Shown here: piece after piece, positions 25,595-38,965 of the stretch | How the letters are laid out: the number at the start of each line of letters is the position of its first letter | Position numbering within the stretch: the stretch's first letter is position 1 | Assembly (NCBI RefSeq): GCF_009914755.1 | Contig: NC_060927.1 | Source of the DNA: the human T2T-CHM13v2.0 reference genome, Homo sapiens | DNA length: 64,000 nt | Strand: one strand, 5' to 3' | Translations under genes and position numbers: made by a program | The notes under the pieces: generated by a model | The model's input: only the letters and a program-made list of their open reading frames with translations | What the model was told of the DNA's origin: nothing | The model's database searches: none

Positions 25595-27289
25595 GAAAAT
25601 ATTTTTAAAACAAACAACAGAAATAATCAGTGGTTTGAATTTTATGTAAAATACAATCATTTATTCTTTTTCTTTTTAAGAATTATTCTTTTCAATCTAT
25701 AATGTGATGATAACAAAAGGACTAATCATTGCATACGGAAGTACTCTGAAAGGAAATAGATCATTGTGATTAGGCAAGATGAGACACTTCAGAGGCTGTA
25801 CTGCCAAGTTTAATTATAAAATTAAGTGTCATTCAAAGAAATTTTTATTGCAAAAGTATGTGATTTACTTCTGTAGGCAGTTATTACAATACTGCCTCAA
25901 TCCAGAAGGAATATGAGATGGTGAGGCATCTCTTGGTTCAATTCCAAAACTGAAAATTAAACTACAATTTCCTTAGAACTCAGGAATAAAACTCATCATG
26001 GCTCATTCTGTTTGGTTCAAAGTGTACAACATTGATGAACATATCTACTGTAAAAGCAAGTAGATTCAAACTCTCTTCCTAGGAGGAACCCCCAAAGATT
26101 CCAACTTAGGTACTTATTATGCCAAAGCAAAAATGCAACTCAAGAATGCAGAGTAAATACAGACTCAGAGCCAACAGATGAGAATAAAAGTCAGACCCAG
26201 GAGAGTTGAGTACAGACGGTTGCACAAGAAGCATAAGGCCAATGCCCTATGGTCTCTGTGGGTTTATTCTTTTCTGCCACATGTGAGGCTTCGGTTTCCA
26301 TGTACCAATGTCCATCTACTCAGAAATCATGATTGCAGGCCAATCAACAACAGATAGTCCAAACTCCGTGATGGCTTGGGGTTTAGGGGTTCAGTAGGAA
26401 GCTCTCTGGCCTGAAGCCTGAAAAGTCACAGGTTCATATTCTGCTTAGGGAAGGAGCTGGTTAGGTATATCCAAAATCATATAGGGCTAGTGAAATCTCA
26501 TCTATTCATTCAGTAGTTACTCTGGATCTCATGGTCTAAGAAGTCAACTGGGCTGGGCTAGGGGGTAGAGGAAGATTCAAAACATCAAAAGCCACAAAAT
26601 CAAAACAAGAAAAAGTGTTGAAAATCATAGGCCTTGGAAAGCAAATAGTAAATGTAATAGTCATTAAGTAGCAACCAATGACCAACCTTCCTCTCTGTCC
26701 ATGTAGCAAGATCCAAACAACACTGTGTGGCCACCATGAGGCTGACACAACAATTTACATCATGTGGATGATGGACCTAGATTATTGTTCTACACTGGTG
26801 GGAATCATGGAACAGTCTGGCTGTGAATTAAATACAAAAATAGCAACTCCTACACTCTAGCAAAATGTAAAGTACATGTGAGCCCCCAAATCCAAGCTCA
26901 TTATGCAGAGTCTCTCTGAAACCCAGCACCCAGCATTTGCCGTTACCCACCTCCAAAAGGGTAAAAGTAAACATTGGACCTGCTCTGGTGTTAAACTGCC
27001 ACCGGATCCTCCCCGCTGTCTCCCTCCTCCTCTTCTTCTTTACAGACAGGTAATGTTGGATCTCGAAGGAACTGGGGGCTCCCACTCTAGGCAAAGGTTG
27101 GACAGGTGATCAATGTACAGCATGAGATTTGGCTGTGCCTACGTGCCTCCGACAGAGCTGGATCATCTGGGACAATGAAAATTATGAAAATTATAAGCAA
27201 CAAGAAAGCAGTATTAACAGCAAGGGCAGGGAAACCAGGACAGCACATACCACAGTTCCTAGGACACCCAGCAACCATTCCTCTCCTCA

Positions 27290-27560
27290 TTCAGTCATTC
27301 TACACACATTCATTAAGCATGGTGCCAGGCTCTGGAGATATCGTAGTGACAAATAGGAACACAGACCCTGCCCCCATGGAGCTTATGGGGTATGTGGGAG
27401 AAAGACCAGACAGGCAGTTACAGGACAGCGGGTAAGGAAACCTAGAGGGTGCCATGGAGCACAAAGCAAAGGCAGCCAACCCAGACTGGGGGTGAGTGGT
27501 CAGGGAAGGCTTCCTGGGAAGAAGTGACATGTAACGCTGAGCCTGGAGAACCCATGGAGT
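27290..27560 (-). mobile_element. L2 3' fragment
   Basis: tcattcagtcattctacacacattcattaagc...gtgccaggctctggagata...gtcagggaaggcttcctgggaagaagtgac. Confidence 0.75.
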
Positions 27561-29484
27561 TAGCCAGCCAAGACTGGGGTGGGTCAGCACGTGCGAGATT
27601 CCTGAGAATCTTTGGCTGGTCCGAAGGGCTGAAAGTCCTTTGTTCTCAGCCATTCTGCAGCCTGTAATCCTACATCCAACCAGAGCACCCAGATTTGGAG
27701 TCTGCAGCCCTGATTACAGGAGGAACTGGTGCTCCTCCAATGCCCACAATCCAGTTGCATTTTGACTTCTGCCAGTGGGATCTCAGGAAACTAAAGAACT
27801 TAGAAAATAGTGTGTTTTTTTTTTTTTTTTTCTATAAGAAGAGAGAAAAAAAAAACAATAATGCAGAGTTGAACTGCTACGGAATAGACCCAATTGCAGC
27901 AATCCTTTCTGCACACCAGCATCGGGGTAAGGGAGATGCCATCCTCATGGAGACTGTTGAAACAGACAAGAAGGTGGATCACAGTTTGGTATCACAATAC
28001 GGGAGCCCACTTTGCCCCTTCCTTTCCTCCAAGTCCCTGAGAAATTGCAGAGGGAGCGCTTTGTTCTTCTTACCCTTGGTGTTGACGTCTAAAAGGCTAT
28101 CGCAGACATGATACCTCCCACTTGCCTGATGCAACTAGGGGAAACCAGATAGCTTATGAAGCCAATCTTGTCAGGAGCCTCCATGTGGGGGAAAAAAAAA
28201 CAAAACAAAAAACCCCCTAAAGGCTGGGAAAGTCCCAGCAGCTTGAATATTGCCCAGGACTCTAGCTACCTTTGCATTACGAAAGAGACCACTGGAGAGG
28301 ATGGCTTAAGACTGGGTAGTAAGCATGTGGTCATTTGACCAAAGACACGTAGTCCAAAGTAGCTTTCTGTTTTAATATTATCATATGATCCAAGTCCTAC
28401 AAACAACATCCTTGACTGAAATCGAAAAGAAACAAAACCCTCACTTCTAAGAAGCAGAGCAAGCGGCGTTTTTAGAGACAAAGAAAGGATAGCTTCTTAA
28501 CCTATGACAACACAAATTTGTTTAGGTTTTCCCTCCACCAAGTAAGTAAGCAATTAGGTTTTTTACAATAAAAATATCCCCGTGCATGTGCAAACACCAG
28601 AGGCAATCATATAATTACCCTGCCCAATCAGATTCAATTGCTGACAGTTGAGTTCCCACTGCTCATTAACTTCAGATCACAAAGAGGTCTTTAAGGAAGC
28701 CCTTTCCTTCTCTTTACAAAGGTTCCTATGATGCCGCGATCAGCCCCGGCACTACCTCATGCAAGATAATCATCCCCAAATCACCAGGGCCAAGGCCAGC
28801 CTCCTCTGGCTTCCTTCTGAAAAAATAAAATGAGAAATTCGAAGACACCTTGGCTTAAACACCCTTGCTTCATTTGGGGATCTCACTTCTAAATATAATA
28901 GTAACCTTTCACCCCCACATTTTAAGTGCCGTAATTACATAATTAAAACCAATTATGTCATTTAACAGAGACTTTGTCAAGATACGGCAAGCCAATTACC
29001 TCAATCATTGACCTCAGAGGATTTCCCACACTGACCTGAAACAGTGAGAATTGGGATAAATTTAGACACTGGCTTCCGAAGGCTGGCATGGACTAGCAGG
29101 GTGGGTTGTAACTGGTCTAGATTCTTTGAGACTTTAGAAGCTAAACTGAATTCATTCCCATCTACACCATCACTACTTGTTTGCACAATCCTTCCCATAT
29201 CCCAAGATAATTGCTTGATTTTTTTATAACCACTCTGATGGAACGATTACTTCCATGTTGCAGACAGAAAAAGGAGGCAGGGAGAGTCCTAAAGTTATCT
29301 GAAGTCAAGCAGCTAGTGTTAACAGCAACGCTAGGGCAAGACCTAAGTCTTCCACCACAGAATTCAAAGTCTCCATGTAGCGAGTAGTGTGTGGGTGCCT
29401 CTCTTACCCCAATTTCCCTTTGAGGCAACACATTTGCCCCCACTTTTATTTAATTCACCTGCACGGCACAAGGTTCCACTGCAA

Positions 29485-29720
29485 CTCAGGGGGTGTGTCC
29501 TAAATTAGGCCCCAGCCAATTAGCTTCCAGCATTCCTCCCCTAGCCACAGCATTGGTTCAGGATGAGCACATGATCCCATCAAAGCCAATGAGAGACACT
29601 GACACTTTTTGCAGGGCCTGTGCGATCTCTGCCTAACTGTGCTTGGAGTGACCGGAGGGAAGACTGGAAGTTAAGCAGCCATCATGCTCCACTGAGGAAG
29701 TGAGGGTGACTGGAGCCAAG
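29485..29720 (+). mobile_element. Old ERVL/MaLR LTR fragment (MLT1/LTR33-like)
   Basis: cctagccacagcattggttcaggatgagcacatgatcccatcaaagccaatgaga. Confidence 0.55.
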
Positions 29721-30302
29721 AGATGTGGAGGGAGAAACTGGTTCCAGGAAACACCCTCTATTCCCTGTCGCTTCATGCTGCGAGTTACAGGGGTTATTCA
29801 AAAGCACACTGGAGAAAGCAGGAAGAGCGCCACCTACAGCTTGGGTAGGCTCCATTTCGAGGATGGAATCAATCCACTGTGGCTCCGAGGCCTGCCTCCT
29901 GCTTGCGACAGTTAAATGCCTTCGGTTTTTGAGTTATTTAAAGAACATACCATTTTATGGGCAGGAGGAAGCACTTTAATCTGCAAAATGATTTTTATCA
30001 CAAACTAAACATCCTTGTAACTTTTTGGTCCTCTGCTTTGGTCAAAGTTGTCTCTCCTTGGAGCTCAGACAGCTGTTGGAGCTCAGAAGATCTGCCTCCA
30101 CCCTGCACTTTGCCCTGCTCGCTGGTACTCTGGTGCTCTCCAATTCCTGGATCCATGTGGGATGTAAGAACTCAGGATCAGGACGCCTGCACGCATCAAA
30201 ATGGGGCATTTTCTTTCTCTTTATCCCAGGACTTGAGAGAAAGCAAAAAACAAACAAACACAAACAAAAAAAAAAAAAAAAAAAACAAGAATTCCTCTAA
30301 TT

Positions 30303-30529
30303 TAAGGTTTTTAACCTTGACACTTGAAGTTTTGGGCCAGACAATTATTTGTCATCAGGACTGCTTTGTGCAATGTAGGATATTCCTGGCCTCTACCCAC
30401 TAGATGACCCATTAGCACCCCTCATTTGGGACAACCAAAAATGTCCGTGGACATTGACAAATAACCAGGGATGGGGGCCAAGATCCCCCCTCATTCCCCA
30501 GCTCCCCATTTCCTGGTTAAAAACCACTG
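30303..30529. mobile_element. MER20 (hAT-Charlie)
   Basis: ttgggccagacaattatt...cctggcctctacccactagatg...gacaaccaaaaatgtc...ggttaaaaaccactg. Confidence 0.85.
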
Positions 30530-30657
30530 CTGACAGCATCTTTAAAAACATAATTCCTTGTAGTATTATGTTGTGAGACTGAGAGAACCACCACCCTCCT
30601 TAGAACTTTACAAAAGCCATATAAAATATCCCCTGAGGAGAACTGACTTAAAGAAAC

Positions 30658-30703
30658 TTCAAGATAGCAGCCTGCGCAACATAGTGAAATCCCATCTCTA
30701 CGG

Positions 30704-30752
<49 letters not shown>

Positions 30753-30915
30753 GTAGCCAGGCATGGTGGCACGAACCTGTAGTACCAACTATCCGGAAGG
30801 CTGAGGCTGAGGTGGGAGGATTCCTTGAGCCTCGGAGGTCAAGGCTGCAGTGAGCCCTGATGGTGCCACTGCACTCCAGCTTGGCCGACAGAACGAGACC
30901 TTGACTCCAAAATAG
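30658..30915 (+). mobile_element. 5'-truncated AluJ with (CA)22 in the linker
   Basis: End of left arm, (CA)n, then J-type right arm ggaggtcaaggctgcagtgagc. Confidence 0.9.
30707..30750. repeat. (CA)22 microsatellite
   Basis: Perfect 44-bp run. Confidence 0.98.
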
Positions 30916-32884
30916 CAATACTACTGTCTGTCAGGGCTATGAAGCCACATGAGACTTGACCCATTAAGGACAAGAGTGAAGAAAAATGTATCAAATAGAA
31001 ATAATTTTATCTAAACACTGGCAAGAGGAAAAAGACATGGAGGAGAAACTTAGAAATGAAAAGCAGTGAGGCATCTATATGGTGAGTTCCAGCATGGGTG
31101 CTCAGCTTCTCACTTTCACAAGTAAGAAAATGGAACTTTAAGGTTATTGCTGGGTTTCCGGGATTCAAAACCCAAAGCTAAAAATGTGGAAGAGGTTGGT
31201 GTTATCAGAAATGATCTTTCCAGTAAACGCCTAAAACTCACTCACTCTGCAGAAAAAGCCAAAAATGGTAAAGCTTCACTTATTTGGACAAATGTGGGAG
31301 AAGTCATTTAAAATAAGCAAAATTGATGGATTTATAGAATATTTTTCAAGGGAAGGCATTTACTTGCTTTCAAATGCCAGCAGTAATTAAGAGTGAGCTG
31401 GCAGAGGTCCCTCCTTCAGGATTGGTTTGAATGAGAAGACAGAATTTATTGAACTAATTTAAGCATTGTTAGGCTGGGAAGGAGGGCTTTGAGTTAGATT
31501 GTCCTCTCCGTGAGCTAATTAGTTGTATCTACACACAGGCAGCTGGCTGAGACCAGCCCAGGAATTCCAGAATAGTGGGGTTCCAATGAGGCTTTGCTTC
31601 CAGGCACAGACATCTGTGCACCTTGAGGTATTGATCAAGTCAGTCAGGAGAAGCAGGCTGGCTTGTGTGTGAAGGCTGGGCTGTTTGGGGGCCTCACTGT
31701 GTGAAAAGATTTGGATTCTAGCAGTTTCTTTCTCTACAAGATCTAATGTCTGGAGAGATGGAGAGGCCTATTAGGGGAGTTCAGATGACTGGAGCTGGGA
31801 CATCACTGCTTCTTCAGGTCCCAGGCAGCCTCCCCTCCAGCTATCAGCATGTCTCGGCTATCCCATGCTGTCCCCTCAATCTCCAACTGCCCTCCTTTCT
31901 CTCCATCACCAGAGAAATGTGACTGCCTAGGGAGCAACCATGTCTTGAAAGGAGAAAGAGCAAGAATAAAGGTGTCTCTGAGGGGCCTTGCTTCTCTTCC
32001 CCTAGTTCTTTTAGGCATTTTGTTTTGTTTCATTTGGATAAGAGCTAACATTTAGAACAATAATAGAAAATAGAAGTACTTGTCTGGAGGGTCTAGCAGA
32101 GGTCCACAGTGACTCTTATGAGCTGTATAAAGGACTGTCCCTTCTGGAGTCTAGTAATCAAATCTGGAGGAGTAGTCCTCAAATCTTGTTAGAGAATGAA
32201 GTTCTCAGGGTACACTCTTCCTGGCTAAGCAATCCCATCCCAGCCCCTCTCTACTGAAATCATTCATCCTGGTCAAGTGTGTTTCTCAGAATACCTGGGT
32301 ATGTCAACAGAGATAAAAGAGAAGTGCAGCACACTTCCTAGTTTCAGCTGGCACTAAAACAAGAGAATGAGTTGTGCGTTTTTTGGTGGAGGTGCCTCCT
32401 GATCGAGTCTACACACTGGCTTGTGAACATGTTGTCTGTACTGAAGAACTTATCCCAAAAAGGTGGCTCCACTTACACCATAGACAAGTACTGTCCTTCC
32501 CATGTCCTTTCAGCATGAACTGAGAGAGGGGCAGTCTCAAAGTGGCAGGTGTCACAAGAGGTCACTCTCATAATCAACAACTGAAGACTTCCCAAAACAG
32601 CAACTCCTTGCTTTTGCCCCAGGTAAGCCTTATTCCCAGCATCAAGAAAAGGATTTTAATGGTGTGTGGACTCCTGGTTCAGGTAGAAGTTGGTATCCAG
32701 AGATGTCATTCCTTATTTATCAAGTACTTATTCAGCAGGTCCAGAAATGTTATGCAAAATTTGGTGTTCATGCTTATATACTTTATTCTGAGGAGCAGAA
32801 TTATGGTAACCATATTCTTAAAGTAGTTTGAAGCTCAGAATTAAAAATTAAGCAACAGTTGGCATAAAGCAATCCCTTAATTTT

Positions 32885-33035
32885 TTTTTTACCAGTTTTT
32901 CCGAGGCAAAATTTACATACCATCAAGGTCATCCATGGTAAGTGTAAAGTTCAACGATTTTAAGTAAACTTATAGAATTGTGCGATCAGCACCACAAACC
33001 AGTTTTAGAATGTATCTACTATCTCCAAAAGACCC
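32885..33035 (-). mobile_element. L1M (L1MB-like) 3' end
   Basis: aaatttacataccat...aagtgtaaagttcaacgattttaagtaaacttatagaattgtgcgatcagcaccacaaaccagttttagaat. Confidence 0.75.
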
Positions 33036-33584
33036 TGCAACTGTTACAGTAAACTTCCCTTAATTTTTGCAGCAAATGTTCTAGAGTTGAAAAGAAAGCT
33101 CTTTCTACATCTGCAAGGCTGATTCATTTTTCTCCCTTCCAAGAACTCTACTAAAAAAATTATTTGTTGCTTATCTGAAATGCAAATGTAACTGGATGTC
33201 CTGTATTTGTGAAATTCCGGCAACCCTAATCCAGGACCAAAGCAGAATTAACCAAATAAATGAAAGTGCATGTCTAGAAATAAATGTACTTTTCTGGAGC
33301 ATTGTAAATAAACATGAATTATTTTCCTAGTTTTGAACCATTTGAGTTCTAAGATGGTCAGAACCTAGTTCCAGTTAGAATACCAGCTGAGAACTAAGCT
33401 ACAGAGACAGCCTGAATAATTCACAACCCAATTGCTGTTTTACAAGCAAGCCTGGGACCTCAGACACTCATAGGATTATATGCTACATTTCCCTTGAAAG
33501 GTTAAAGTGGATGTAATTGTTAACCTTGCAGCTCACAATCAGAACTGGAAATGTGACTTTTAGGGGCACAAATTATAGGGAAAT

Positions 33585-33740
33585 CATTCTTAACCTTTTT
33601 GGGGGGCGGTGTCACAAACTCCTTTGGGAGAATCTGATAAAAGCTATGGACCTTCACCATAGGAAAATGCGTGTATACACATTCACAACATTTTCCAGGT
33701 AATTTTCTTTTAGGTGGGAGAGGTTTCACAGATTCCATGA
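33585..33740. mobile_element. hAT-Charlie MITE fragment (MER103-like)
   Basis: tttgggagaatctgataaaagctatggaccttcaccataggaaaatgc. Confidence 0.5.
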
Positions 33741-33897
33741 CATTGTTCATGGAAAATTCAAGGGTGCAAGAGCCTGGGCAAGTTGATTAAAACCATCCTG
33801 GATTCTTATGCCTTGCTTTTCTCTTCCTCCTGTTTGTGTGGGAAGTGAAGAAGTCGGGATAATGGCAAGGGAACTGACTAACTCAAGACGTGGCTGT

Positions 33898-34183
33898 GGC
33901 CGGGCGTGGTGGCTCATGCCTATAATCCCAGCATTTTGGGAGGCCAAGGTGGGTGGATCACCTGAGGGTCAGGAGTTCAAGACCAGCTTGGCCAACATGG
34001 TGAAAACCCCATCTCTACTAAAAAATACAAAAAATCAGCTGGGTGTGGTGGTGGGCAACGTAATCCCAGCTACTTGGGAGGCTGAGGCAAGGAGAATTGC
34101 TTGAACTCAGGAGGCAGAGGTTGCAGTAAGCCAGGATCGTGCCACTACACTCCAGCCTGGGAGACAGAGTGAGACTTCCTCTC

Positions 34184-34208
<25 letters not shown>
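33898..34208 (+). mobile_element. AluSx-like
   Basis: Full dimer; TSD AAGAC(G/A)TGGCTG at 33885-33896 and 34209-34220. Confidence 0.95.
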
Positions 34209-34214
<6 letters not shown>

Positions 34215-36691
34215 TGGCTGGGCTACTTTTGGCCATCAGTGGTAAGACCTGGAGGAATCTGCCCACACTTCATAGACTTCTGTTCACTGTTGATAAAATG
34301 AACAGATCAGCCTGACTCTGTTTTCACAAGTTATATCCTACGGATCTACTGGAAAGGTATCTGGAAAGGGCTCTTTTAGGATCTGAAGCACTGCACAAGA
34401 TTTTGTAGGAAAAACAAAAGTTTTAAAATCACTAGACTACATGGTCCTCAAAGTCACCAAAATACTCTGAGTTTTAAGCCATCTGATTATCTGATTCTAG
34501 ATTCTAAAGAGTGGAAGCCAGGTATCAGTTGGGGAGGATCTGGGTATTCTTTTTCTCTGAGTACAAGGAAAAAAGGCATTTGGTAGGGACAGGAGAGAAA
34601 GACATCCCAGCCCTCACTACTCTCCAGTTCTGCAACATTTCTTTCTTCCTTTGAGCTGTTCTCCTTCCTTCATATGAAAAACTGTCTACAGGTATGGTAA
34701 TGGTTGGTCAAAAACTACCCATATTTTTTCTGATAAAATTAAAAAAAAATCCTTTCCCAATTATATGAATTTTCCTTTGGGTGACAAAGATACCCAATGA
34801 TCTATTATATCATTATATACTACTATGCCAATGATACTAGTAGACCACGTGGATAAAAGACAAATGTGCTCACTCTGAGTTTTATAGATGGCCTCTCTTT
34901 AGTGCCTTAGAGGCCCCTACAAAGTAGGCTCCAGTATTATCATCCTCATTTTTTAGAAGAAAAGACTGAGCGGGGAAAAAACGTTGAGTGACTTACACAA
35001 ATTCACCCACCTAGCCAACAGCAAAATGGGATTTCAGGTCACAGAGCCTATGCTCATACTATGTTGAAGAGAGAAATTATATCACTTACCACTAAAACAA
35101 ACAAACAAACAGGTTTTATTCACTCATTTTCTCTCAAAAACAACCTACCACTTTAAGGAAGTGTGTTATCACACCCAATGATAGGAACCATAAAACTATT
35201 TTGGATGTTTATTTGATACTTATTGATGTTTAAGCAAGCCTACTATGTTCACAGTTATCACCCCAAAGAAAAATATATTATTTAGTTTTTAGGTTTTATC
35301 TTATCTGTCCTTGGTCCTTGAAACAGCAAGAGAAACACGTACACTCTGTTCTTACTTGTTGTCATAGGATACCAGCTGCCTGCTGGGAAAAGCATACTGG
35401 GAAGTACTGTTCTACACTTTGTATTAAGAGTTAAAAAATAAAATACCCAGAGCCTGTGTAAATCACAGACAAAGTTGACAAATTTCATGGCTTAGTCATG
35501 GTTAACATATCAGATTTCATGGCTTGACAGAGATTAACAAGAAAATCATATTAGAATTACAACTATTAGTAGATTCTTAGATATTTGATAGAGAAACTCC
35601 AAGCTCTCCAAACGCCATTGCCCACTGCACAGCCCTCTTGTCCTTCCTCCTGTGGATAGAGCCTCCATGAATCCAGGGAGAGCAAATGGGATCTTCCATT
35701 GTTGGTCACAATCACCTCACCTCCTGACTATGGCAGGAGTGAGCCAGTGCCTAGTGGGCCCCAGGGAAAGGTCTTAGCATCCGCGAAATAAAGTAAGGTT
35801 TAATATTTATAGCCTAATTCATAAAACTGTAAGGAGAAAAAAAATACCTCATTTGTACATAACACAGGTATTTTACCCAATATTACATGCACTAAGGAGA
35901 GGAATGAATGATCATTGTTGGAACTATGACATTTTCGGTGAAAATTAAGTTTCCATGTCTTTACGAGGAAGCAATTCAGCAGAGGCCTTGTTGTTAAAAG
36001 TGGCATGCGAGCAGGAACTTCAAAAGACCTGCTGACTGCCTGCCGAGCCATTTGGCCGGAGGGCTCTGCATATCCTCTTTCGGGTAAGAGGCAGCTTACT
36101 TGTCAACTTTGCATAAAAGACAGCCAATTTGTCAGCCATTTGCTTTAATTTTGTTTCTGAGTCTTCCAACGACAAACTCCATATACCTTCTGGTCTTTAA
36201 TATCATATATCTGACTGAGGGATGGAAATTCACTCTAGTGTCTCAGGCTGGTTTCCTTCCCAGGCCATCCTCCTGGGTCTTATAGGATGTCCTTAATCAG
36301 AACCACATTACTCAGCTAGAGGAAGTCCTTGTGCAGACGCTGGCAAGACACTATGGCAAAAGAGTTTCACAACATGAAAGGTCAGATTGAGAATAAAAGC
36401 TGCAGTTATCTGTTGTGTTTTCTTTAGTTGAGAAAATAAAGGCAGGGTGCCTAACTCCTGAGGAACCAAGATTTGGATAAGTAGCAGCCACTTAGGAAAG
36501 GAGTTCCATTGGCCGCTGAGTACAATGGCCAGTTGTGGAAATGGAAAGTCCTTAAATTCCAAGTATTCTGGACCTGAGCAAGGATTTTCTCATTTTATAC
36601 AGATACGTTTTTATATTTCAGTAACACCCTAGACTGGTAAAACAAAAATAGCTACATCTTGTCAAAAAATATAATTGTCACTGGACTGTGT

Positions 36692-36776
36692 AAATATACA
36701 CACATATATATATATACACTACATATATGTGTGTTAGATATACACATATACATAATATATATTTTACATATATGTG
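36692..36776. repeat. (TA/CA)-rich degenerate microsatellite
   Basis: atatacacacatatatatatatacact...atatacacatatacataatatat. Confidence 0.85.
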
Positions 36777-36839
36777 TTAGACAAATAAAGCACATTTTAA
36801 TCGTAAAAGCTACCAGTTATTGTGCTTTTTTTTTTTTTT

Positions 36840-37025
36840 AAGTGCCAGGCACTATGTTAAGCACTTTCCGTGCATTATTTAGTCTCTCAACAAACTAGCA
36901 TGGTAGGGACTAGCTTTGTCCCTATTTTACAAATAGAAAAAACTTGAGATTAGAGAGGAAATTCAAGGCACACAGTTAGACACAGAGCCAGAAGTGGAAC
37001 CCAGGAGTGCCTGACCCCCGAGCCC
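36840..37025 (-). mobile_element. MIR
   Basis: gtgccaggcactatgttaagcacttt...ctattttacaaatagaaaaa...caaggcacacagttag. Confidence 0.75.
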
Positions 37026-38489
37026 AGCAAATTGAACCCTAGCAATTCTCACTTGTTCCATTAAGATGAGTGCCCAAGCTGACTGTGAAAAACAGGGGAG
37101 GAGGTGAAGTGATGAGCCATTTCACTTCACTAACACATAGGTGTGAAGGAGTTAGGCGTTACTCCAACCCTGTATCTTCATCCCAGGGAGGCAGCCTGCA
37201 GGCTTTGCCGATGGAAGGCAGGGTGTGAGAAAAGGAAGAAGTGATTGCAAAAACCCAAGACCCACCTCCTTTACAAATTTTGCCCAAGATCAGCCTGGCT
37301 GGGGAGACTCTGAGAACTCAGAGGGACCAGAGGACTTAATGGAAATCTGTCCCTCACCCAGTTTCAAACTGATAGCCTTCCCTTCTCATGCAAGGGGCTT
37401 GCCCTAGAGATTTGGGGCAAGAAATATTTCCAGTGCACCTCTACCTTAACTCACACCACAGGGGCAGCTAACAATTACAGAAGGAATGAACTTTTTCATC
37501 AAATGTCCTTCCATAAAACCATTTCCCAGGAAATGGAACACAGCATGAAGCAAGCCGACTGCAATTTTCCACCAACAATGAGCATCGTGGGGCACAGGTA
37601 CTATATTTAAACAATTTTCCTCCAGCGTTTTGGCAAGGCTGTCTCTCAAGGAGACTTACCAAGTTGGGCTGAGGTCTCATTCCCCTCCGGCCAGCAGGAT
37701 CAGAATGTTTAATATGGCCCTGTCTCTTCAACACCCATGTGTAAACCACCAATAAACAAGCCAGGAAAGACCTGCAGGCCTAATTGCCTTTTAACTCTGC
37801 CAAGATGATAAACTCCCAGAGCAAAGAAGGAAAGACTTCCAGGGATTTAACAAGTTTATCTGCCTGCCACTTGAACATTTTCTGTCTGCCTACACTTCAG
37901 TGAATTCACCAATAAAAGGATAAAAGGGCCCAGAATGTCAGACCCCTCAAATGACCAAGAAGTTCCACATTCAAAACGTATGACCAGCAAAAATTAACCA
38001 GTTAATTGAGCTTCATTTTAGGTGTTTTTAAGATCTGGAGCAAGGGAAGTGGGGCCACTTGACTCTTTCTAGCACTGGCCATTTCTCTTTTATTGACCAA
38101 GGCCTAGAAATCTTTACTTACAATAAAGAAAATTGTTTTCACAAGGAAACTGGGATAGGCAACCCATTCTGAAACCTCTAAAATTTTAGATAGAGCATTA
38201 TACTGACAGGAGAGAAACTATACAAATCTCGGTGGTGGGAGAAATGGAGTATATCATATGGGCAGTCATAAGATTGGTGTTTACTTCTGTAAAGATATTT
38301 TTCATCTCTCCCTGAACCAACTTGCAAATTAAGCATGTTGGTTGTTTTTGTTGGTTTGTACCCTACCACCCAGAAGAAAAATACTGAGAGCTCTTTACCT
38401 ATTGGAGTTAAATTGGAAAAGCAAAGCAACACCAAACAAAGAGACTTGGGGTAAGTACAGAGAGGTGGTGCCATTCAAGGCATTAAAGC

Positions 38490-38965
38490 AGGGTGAATGG
38501 GCATCACCTCTGGGAGGCCATTTCACAATCTTTATCAATATTAATGTGCAACTTCCCTTTTAGGAATTTATTCCAAAGAAATTATTGGCTAAGTGAATAA
38601 AGGTTAAGCCCAAAAGGCTTTAGGGAATTCTACTAGGGAACATTTTAAAACATCTAAAGTTCACCATTAATAACTGGCTAAAGAATGCAAAATTCCATAC
38701 TCCGTTACTATAAAAATGATTCCATAGGTGTATATTTATTAATGTGGAAAGTGTCCAACATACAATGTTAAGTTCAAAAAGCAGATTATAAAAACATTTA
38801 TAATATAATCCCATTCTTTTTAAGAGTCTATATATAGTAAAATTAGAAAGATACATAGTTCACCAAAATGTTAGTATTTCTGGATGGTGGATTAGAGGGG
38901 ACTTTTATTTTCTTTGGCAAAGATTTTTGAATTATTTGAAATGTTTAATGAGAAAAATGCATTGC
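38490..38965 (+). mobile_element. Old L1ME 3' fragment
   Basis: taggaatttattccaaagaaa...catctaaagttcaccattaataactggcta...caccaaaatgttagtatttctggatggtggattagagggg. Confidence 0.75.

Noticed and set aside
27614-27627. GGCTGGTCCGAAGG, identical to the first 14 nt of Y1 RNA as I recall it
   Set aside because: Similarity stops there; no Y RNA 3' stem, poly-A or TSD; likely chance
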